Source: Candidatus Levyibacteriota bacterium | GTDB taxonomy: Bacteria > Patescibacteriota > Microgenomatia > Levybacterales > UBA12049 | Assembly (NCBI GenBank): GCA_043823085.1 | Contig: JBDRBE010000004.1 | Span: 269,992 to 333,991 of the forward strand | Length of the DNA stretch: 64,000 nt | Direction of reading: 5' to 3' | Part shown: positions 58,050 to 64,000 of the stretch, piece by piece | Position numbering within the stretch: the first letter of the stretch is position 1 | Layout: each line of letters begins with the position of its first letter | Notes under the pieces: model-generated | Seen by the model: only the letters and a program-made list of their open reading frames with translations | The model's database searches: none | Told to the model about the DNA's origin: nothing | Position numbers and translations under genes: made by a program

Positions 58050-59276
58050 ATGAATCTCGCCTTCAAACTTCGTCCGATTAAACTTTCGGAATTTTTTGGA
58101 CAAGAACACTTAGTCGGCAAAGACAGAATCATCCGTAAAATGATAGAGAGCGATTCGCTTTTTTCCATGATTCTTTGGGGTCCTCCGGGGGCTGGAAAAA
58201 CAACTCTTGCCAATATTATCGCCAAAGAAACAAAATCCGACTTTTACTCGGTCTCGGCTGTTGAAACTGGAAAAGAAATGCTTTTAAAAATCATAAAAGA
58301 AGCAAAAGAAATGCAAAAGAAAGATAAAAAAACTATTCTTTTTATTGATGAAATTCATCGCTGGAATAAAGCCCAACAAGACGCGCTTTTACCGTATGTG
58401 GAAAGCGGCTTAATTACTCTAATTGGCGCGACAACCGAAAACCCGTCTTTTGAAGTAATAAGCCCATTGCTTTCAAGATGCCGGGTTTTTGTTTTGAAGG
58501 GACTAGAACCTCTGGAACTTGAAAAAATAATTAGAAGGGCACTTAACTATAAAGATGTTAAAAAATACAAAAAGAATATAACAAATGATGCAAAGGAATT
58601 ATTGATAAGGCTTTCCGGCTGCGATGCAAGAATTATGCTAAATGCCTTGGAAATGGCAGTTTTAGAATTCAAACAAAAAGAAATTGACAACGAGATTATT
58701 AAAGAAATTTTTCAGACAAGGTCGGCAGGACTTTATGATAAAAAAGCCGACGAGCATTATAATATAATTTCCGCCTTTATAAAATCCATGCGAGGAAGCG
58801 ACCCTGACGCAACTCTTTACTATTTGGCCAGAATGCTTGAAAACGGCGAAGACCCAAAATTTATTGCAAGAAGAATGATAATTTTGGCATCGGAAGATAT
58901 TGGCTTGTCTGATAGGGGAGCGCTAATTCAAGCAAACGCCGGCTTTGAAGCGGTACATAAAATCGGTATGCCTGAAGCGCAATTAATTTTGGCGCACATT
59001 GCGTTATATTTGGCAAAAGCGCCAAAGTCACGAGCTGTTGCAAACGCACTTTCTAAGGCAAAAGAAGCGGTTTACGAATTTCCCAATGAACCAATTCCTC
59101 TTCATTTAAGAAACGCGCCAACCAAACTTATGAAAAATCTTGGCTATGCCAAAGACTATACATGGTCTGAAAAATATGTCGGCATTGCCCGCCGAAGCCT
59201 CGGCGAAGGCGGGGCCAAAAAAGGACTCTCCTTTTTGCCCTATAAACTAAAAAACCGAAAATTCTTTGAACCATAA
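58050..59276 (+). CDS. rarA: Replication-associated recombination protein A
   Basis: [50 protein letters not shown]. Confidence 0.96.
   Translation: MNLAFKLRPIKLSEFFGQEHLVGKDRIIRKMIESDSLFSMILWGPPGAGKTTLANIIAKETKSDFYSVSAVETGKEMLLKIIKEAKEMQKKDKKTILFIDEIHRWNKAQQDALLPYVESGLITLIGATTENPSFEVISPLLSRCRVFVLKGLEPLELEKIIRRALNYKDVKKYKKNITNDAKELLIRLSGCDARIMLNALEMAVLEFKQKEIDNEIIKEIFQTRSAGLYDKKADEHYNIISAFIKSMRGSDPDATLYYLARMLENGEDPKFIARRMIILASEDIGLSDRGALIQANAGFEAVHKIGMPEAQLILAHIALYLAKAPKSRAVANALSKAKEAVYEFPNEPIPLHLRNAPTKLMKNLGYAKDYTWSEKYVGIARRSLGEGGAKKGLSFLPYKLKNRKFFEP
59184..59213 (+). repeat. 30-bp family-A element in frame in rarA
   Basis: ATTGCCCGCCGAAGCCTCGGCGAAGGCGGG encoding [10 protein letters not shown]. 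Confidence 0.8.
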
Positions 59277-59279
59277 TCT

Positions 59280-60359
59280 ATGACAAAAATTGTACTACCG
59301 GGCTTGATTGACCCGCACGTTCACCTAAGGGATCCTGAACAGACCCATAAGGAAGATTTCTATTCCGGTACGATGGCCGCAATTGCCGGCGGATTCACAA
59401 CTGTCCTTGATATGCCAAACAACAAAATTCCGATCACGACTTTAAAAGTGCTAAAAGAGAAAATGAAGATTGCTAAAAAATTAGCTGTCTGCGATATCGG
59501 ATTTTACTTTGGCTCGCTTGGAGACAATCTTGATGAACTCGCAAGTGTAAGTCAGACAGAAATGGCCTTTGGTCTTAAGCTTTATCTCGAGCGAACAACC
59601 GGCAACTTTTTGATTAAGAAAAACGCCCTTGCCCGTGTTTTTAGCGCTTGGAGGTCTCGTGTGCCAGTTCAAAAACCAATCCTTGTCCATGCTGAAAAGG
59701 ATACTGCTACCAGTGTCTTAAGAGTGGCAAAAAAAATTATTTTACCGGTTCATTTTTGCCACATCAGTACTGCTTCCGAACTCAAATTGATAATTGCCGC
59801 CAAAAATCAGGGCCTGCCGGTTACTTGCGGCGTTACCCCTCATCATTTGTTTTTAACCCGCGATGATGTCAAAACGCTTGGACCATTTGGCAAAATCAGA
59901 CCGCCCCTTCGAAGCAAAAAAGATGTCACATTCTTATGGAAGAATTTAAAATGGATTGATGTTATTGAATCCGACCACGCCCCGCACACAATTGAAGAAA
60001 AAAAATCAAAAGTTCCGCCTTATGGCGTGCCCGGCCTTGAGACCACACTTCCGTTATTACTGACTGCCGTTTCCGAAAAAAGATTAACCATTGATGATAT
60101 TATTCGTCTCTGCTTTAAAAATCCTTCAAAAATTTTTGGCATATTTGGCGACAAAAAAACAAAAATTGAAATTAATCTTAGCAAATCTTATAGGATAAAT
60201 CCTAAATCTTTATTTACTAAATGCGCCTGGTCGCCCTTTGATGGCTGGAAAGTCAAAGGAAAAGTAGAAAAGGTAACTTTACGCGGGATAAAAGTTTTCC
60301 AAGATGGTAAAATATTAGTAAGGCCCGGCTTTGGCAAGATAATAAAACCAAGAAAATGA
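59280..60359 (+). CDS. pyrC: Dihydroorotase
   Basis: PGLIDPHVHLR, DMPN, VTPHHL, SDHAPH; pyr context. Confidence 0.92.
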   Translation: MTKIVLPGLIDPHVHLRDPEQTHKEDFYSGTMAAIAGGFTTVLDMPNNKIPITTLKVLKEKMKIAKKLAVCDIGFYFGSLGDNLDELASVSQTEMAFGLKLYLERTTGNFLIKKNALARVFSAWRSRVPVQKPILVHAEKDTATSVLRVAKKIILPVHFCHISTASELKLIIAAKNQGLPVTCGVTPHHLFLTRDDVKTLGPFGKIRPPLRSKKDVTFLWKNLKWIDVIESDHAPHTIEEKKSKVPPYGVPGLETTLPLLLTAVSEKRLTIDDIIRLCFKNPSKIFGIFGDKKTKIEINLSKSYRINPKSLFTKCAWSPFDGWKVKGKVEKVTLRGIKVFQDGKILVRPGFGKIIKPRK

Positions 60360-60757
60360 AAAAGACAAAAATTAATTCAACAGAATTTGCAAAAAGAATG
60401 GGCGCATATTCACATGCCTATAAAGTTGAGCTCAATGATGCAACTCTCATCTTTACAACAGGGCAAATCGCAGTCGATAAAAACGGGAATGTTGTTTATC
60501 AAAATAATATAGAAAAACAGACAGAGTTTGTTTTTGAAAGTTTAAATAAAGTTTTAAATGAATCAGGATCGTCTTTGGATGATGTTGTAAAAGTCACTGT
60601 CTTTGTTACTGATATGAATTATTTTCCAAAAATAAGCAAAGTGAGGAATCAATATCTCAAAAACTCCGAACCAGTTTCCACTTTAATTGAAGTTAACAGA
60701 CTTGCAAAAGAAGGCTGTAAAATAGAGATTGAAGCAATTGCAATCAAAAATAAATAA
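60356..60757 (+). CDS. RidA/YjgF family protein
   Basis: YSHA, TGQIA, VVKVTVF, IEIEAIA. Confidence 0.9.
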   Translation: MKKTKINSTEFAKRMGAYSHAYKVELNDATLIFTTGQIAVDKNGNVVYQNNIEKQTEFVFESLNKVLNESGSSLDDVVKVTVFVTDMNYFPKISKVRNQYLKNSEPVSTLIEVNRLAKEGCKIEIEAIAIKNK

Positions 60758-60799
60758 CTTAATTTGACAATTTTTAAAATTGCGCAAAAATATTGACAT

Positions 60800-61549
60800 A
60801 TGAAATTTGAAGAATTAAAAACTCCGTTTTTCACAATTATTTTTATATTCCTGGGATTAATTATTTTTACAAAACTCTTTGGTCCGATTCCGTTTTCGAT
60901 AAATTCTGTGCAGACAACTAAGGCAAATTTATTTAACGCCCAAGGCACCGGTAAAGCAACCGCTGTGCCAGACACTGCAGAAATTTCACTTGGAGCAACT
61001 AAAACTGCACAGAATGTAACAGACGCGCAGAACCAAGTAAATTCTGTTGTTAATAAAATAATTTCTGATCTTAAAAAACTCGGCATTGAAGAAAAAAATA
61101 TTCAGACTTTAAATTATTCTATTTCTCCAAATTACGATTTCAATTCGGGCAGACAAAATGTAACCGGTTATACTGTCACGCAAAACATGGAAGTTAAAAT
61201 AAAACCAATCGATAAAGCAAACCAGGCGATTGATACAGCAACAGCTGACGGAGCAAATTTGGTTGGCGGCGTTACTTTTGTTTTGGATGACAAAACACAA
61301 AAAGATATGGAAAATAAAGCAAGAAATGATGCAATAAAAGACGCTAAAGAAAAAGCAGAAAACCTTGCAAAAGCAGCCGGCATAAAACTTGGTAAAATTA
61401 TTGACGTTCAAGAAGGGCAATCGTTTGAGCCCCGACCGATTCTCATGTCGCAAGGAGTAAGTGAAAAAGCGCAAACGATTCCAACTCAACTGGCACCCGG
61501 AGAAAATACTGTCACCTCAACCGTCACTCTCTACTACGAAACCTATTAA
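60800..61549 (+). CDS. SIMPL (DUF541) domain protein
   Basis: G.GK..AVPDTA, IQT.NYSISPNYD, AI.DAKEKA..LA. Confidence 0.9.
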   Translation: MKFEELKTPFFTIIFIFLGLIIFTKLFGPIPFSINSVQTTKANLFNAQGTGKATAVPDTAEISLGATKTAQNVTDAQNQVNSVVNKIISDLKKLGIEEKNIQTLNYSISPNYDFNSGRQNVTGYTVTQNMEVKIKPIDKANQAIDTATADGANLVGGVTFVLDDKTQKDMENKARNDAIKDAKEKAENLAKAAGIKLGKIIDVQEGQSFEPRPILMSQGVSEKAQTIPTQLAPGENTVTSTVTLYYETY

Positions 61550-61568
61550 ATTCAAAGTCAATCAAGAA

Positions 61569-63197
61569 TTATTTTGGAAAAGAAATAAAATGAACAGAGT
61601 CGATACCTACTATGTTTTCTATTTGTTGGATGTGACCTTCATCTAAAGGGGTTTTAACGGTTATAGCCATCATTGCATCTATACCGTTTCCATCTACGCT
61701 CATATCATCAATATTTATTTCTGCCTCTCCAAGAACCTTTGCAACGTAAGCAATCATGCAGGGGGTATCGTCATTTTTTACAATAAGGATATGTCCATTC
61801 AACAGAAATCCAATATTTAACCCGTTGATTTTAACTATCCTTGGTCCGTCATGCCCAATAATTCCTTCAACTGTGGTTTCTCCCTGTTCAGACTCCAACT
61901 TTACTCTAATCAAACTTGTATAAGCATTTTGCGTCGTATCACTATTCTCTATTACGGCAAGCCCTTCTCGCTTTATAACCGTTTCGCAATTAACAAGATT
62001 TACTATTTCTTCTCTTGCTGGAGTCAAGATACCGCCGACAACAGCAACCTTTAATAGTTTTGAGTCAAATCCTGCTATCTCTCCCACATAATCAATGTCT
62101 ACTTTTTTTATTCCTTTGCTAGGAGAAATCATTAATGCAAGTGAAGCAATACGAGACGCAAGTTCGACATAAGGAGCAAGTTTTCTCATTGCCTCGGGAG
62201 AAATTGTAGGCATATTGATAGCACTCGAAACTGTTTCTCCTCCAAAAATTTTTGTAATTATTTTAGCCGCATGTTCGGCAAGCCGGTCTTGTGTTTCTCC
62301 AGTCGATGTCCCAAGATGAGGCGTGTAAACAATTTTAGGGTGGACACTAAGCTCTGGATCAAATTCCCCTTCAAAAACATCAAGGGCTGCGCCCGCCACT
62401 TTTCCATTATTTATGGCATCAAGAAGATCCTTTTCATTGACTATTCCGCCTCTTGCAGTATTTATAAAAATTACACTGTCTTTAGCTTTTGCCAGAGCAG
62501 CACCATCTATAAGATTTCTTGTTTCCTCCGTTAATGGGACATGAATCGTAATAACATCCGACTCTGCAAGAAGAGAATCGAGTGAAGAAACAACTTTTAT
62601 CCCTAGTTGTTCTGCCTTCGATGTTGATACATGTGGATCAAAGGCAACTACTTTCATATCCATTCCCATTGCCTTTCTTGCCACTTCTTCTCCAACATTG
62701 CCAATTCCAATCACTCCTAATGTTTTTCCCCTTAATTCTCTTCCGGTAAAATTGACCCGATCCCATTTGCCTTCCTTTAAAGAAACATGAGCTTGAGGAA
62801 TATGACGAGCTGCTGCAAAAAGCAAAGCAATCGTAAGTTCAGCAGCGGAATTAGTATTTGCATCTGGAGTATTGGCAACGATAATTCCTCTTTCTGTTGC
62901 AGCTTCAACATCTATTACATCACCAACCCTACCACCGGCTCTGACTATTAAAGAAAGTTTTCCGGGATTTGAGAGTAAATCTGCCGTAACCGCAGTATCT
63001 CTAACAACAAGAGCATCATATCCACCGACAATTCTTTTTAATTCTTTTGGTGAACGACCAAAATTAAAATCAACATGGTAACCTGTTAAGGCCTCAAATG
63101 GAGTTTTTGGTAAAGGATCGCAGACAAGAATTCTTCGAGTTGATTGAATTTCCGGGGAACCTCTTAATTCAGCTTGTTCAGGGCCTCTTCTTTGCAT
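61569..63197 (-). CDS. serA: D-3-phosphoglycerate dehydrogenase, long form with ASB and ACT domains
   Basis: GKTLGVIGIGNVG, INTARGG, ALDVF, TPHLG, C-terminal ACT. Confidence 0.85.
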   Translation of the reverse strand: MQRRGPEQAELRGSPEIQSTRRILVCDPLPKTPFEALTGYHVDFNFGRSPKELKRIVGGYDALVVRDTAVTADLLSNPGKLSLIVRAGGRVGDVIDVEAATERGIIVANTPDANTNSAAELTIALLFAAARHIPQAHVSLKEGKWDRVNFTGRELRGKTLGVIGIGNVGEEVARKAMGMDMKVVAFDPHVSTSKAEQLGIKVVSSLDSLLAESDVITIHVPLTEETRNLIDGAALAKAKDSVIFINTARGGIVNEKDLLDAINNGKVAGAALDVFEGEFDPELSVHPKIVYTPHLGTSTGETQDRLAEHAAKIITKIFGGETVSSAINMPTISPEAMRKLAPYVELASRIASLALMISPSKGIKKVDIDYVGEIAGFDSKLLKVAVVGGILTPAREEIVNLVNCETVIKREGLAVIENSDTTQNAYTSLIRVKLESEQGETTVEGIIGHDGPRIVKINGLNIGFLLNGHILIVKNDDTPCMIAYVAKVLGEAEINIDDMSVDGNGIDAMMAITVKTPLDEGHIQQIENIVGIDSVHFISFPK

Positions 63198-63242
63198 ACA
63201 AACTATATACAGTATTTAAGCTCAAACGTCAATAAGAAGACT

Positions 63243-63998
63243 TTATTTATTTCCGCTGTGGAATGCATCGTGCACATCGCGTAATTGCTTGTTTGTAATG
63301 TGAGTATAAATTTGAGTGGTTGAAATATTTTTGTGCCCCAACATTTCCTGAACACTGCGCAAGTCTGCTCCGTTTGTTAAAAGATCTGTCGCAAATGAAT
63401 GACGAAGAGTGTGAACCGTTGCGTCAACCGGAATCCTGGCAAGCCGGACATATTTTTTAACAATCCGCTCAACGCTTCTTGCAGTTAATCTCATTCTCTC
63501 TCCATTATTTTCTTCAATAACCCGGCCCGAATAGCGAATAAATAAAGGCTTAAAATTATCTTTTCGTTCATCTAAATAACGTCTTAGCCATTCGGCCGCT
63601 CTATCGGAAACAAAAACTACTCGCGCCCTTCCGCCTTTTCCAATCACTCCAAACTCTCTTCTTTCTAAATTTATCTGCGAGTGATTAAGTTTTACAAGTT
63701 CGGAAACACGAAGGCCGGTTGAGAATAAAAGCTCAAAAATCGCCCGGTCGCGGATTCCTTCTTCTTTGGATGTATCAATTGAAGTAACAAGTCTATCAAT
63801 TTGTTCTCTTTCTAAAAATTTAAGCGAACGGCTTTCGGTTTTGGGTAAATCTATTTTTGATGGTTCCAAAGTTTTAATATCATTTTTTAATAAATACCGC
63901 AAAAACGACCGCAAGGCAATAACATAATAGTTCTGGGTAACTCTTTTTAGAGTCATGCCTTTTTCGTCGGCACGGTTTGCCAAATAAACTCTATATTT
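63243..63998 (-). CDS. XerC/XerD-like tyrosine recombinase, 5' end beyond window
   Basis: TGLRVSEL, GKGG, HTLRHSFAT, LGH, TQIY. Confidence 0.95.
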   Translation of the reverse strand, partial: KYRVYLANRADEKGMTLKRVTQNYYVIALRSFLRYLLKNDIKTLEPSKIDLPKTESRSLKFLEREQIDRLVTSIDTSKEEGIRDRAIFELLFSTGLRVSELVKLNHSQINLERREFGVIGKGGRARVVFVSDRAAEWLRRYLDERKDNFKPLFIRYSGRVIEENNGERMRLTARSVERIVKKYVRLARIPVDATVHTLRHSFATDLLTNGADLRSVQEMLGHKNISTTQIYTHITNKQLRDVHDAFHSGNK

Positions 63999-64000
63999 TC

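Noticed and set aside
63243-63998. Phage or island integrase marking a mobile element
   Set aside because: Sequence looks like a housekeeping XerC/D (HTLRHSFATDLL.NGADLRSVQEMLGH); no att site or phage genes visible.

Overview
AT-rich bacterial chromosome segment. It is probably Patescibacteria/CPR of Microgenomates type; this is inferred from the FKBP-less trigger factor, shortened ThrS/PheT, rpsP-khpA-trmD without rimM, a large type IV pilus cluster and many leaderless-type starts. Housekeeping content: tRNAs (Phe, Gly, Leu, Val), tig, maf, thrS-infC-rpmI-rplT-pheST, a class A PBP, tyrS, purH, recG, an L,D-transpeptidase, rpmF-nusB-rnc-rpsP-khpA-trmD, a 14-gene pil cluster, holB, a PfkB kinase, ahcY, gyrB/gyrA, hppA, folD, pyrB-carAB-rarA-pyrC, RidA, SIMPL, serA and a partial Xer recombinase. 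The unexplained signal is mostly non-coding or sub-genic. (1) A complete tRNA-Val(GAC) is nested inside a second, cleanly split tRNA-Val(GAC), carried by a 106-bp element with CCTGCCCGCC...GGCAGGCGGG ends. (2) The same element family is inserted in frame in infC, pheS, a pilin and rarA, and at the end of rpmF, with variable cargo. (3) Three leader-peptide attenuators (Thr before thrS, Phe before pheST, Leu/Thr/Ile before an orphan); two are followed directly by Cys-containing orphan ORFs. (4) A DUF3800-like gene has a convergent small-RNA unit. (5) A RAYT-type transposase lies between identical 58-bp palindromic direct repeats. (6) Orphan genes are flanked by duplicated host-gene ends. All family assignments come from motif recognition by eye; no database search was run.
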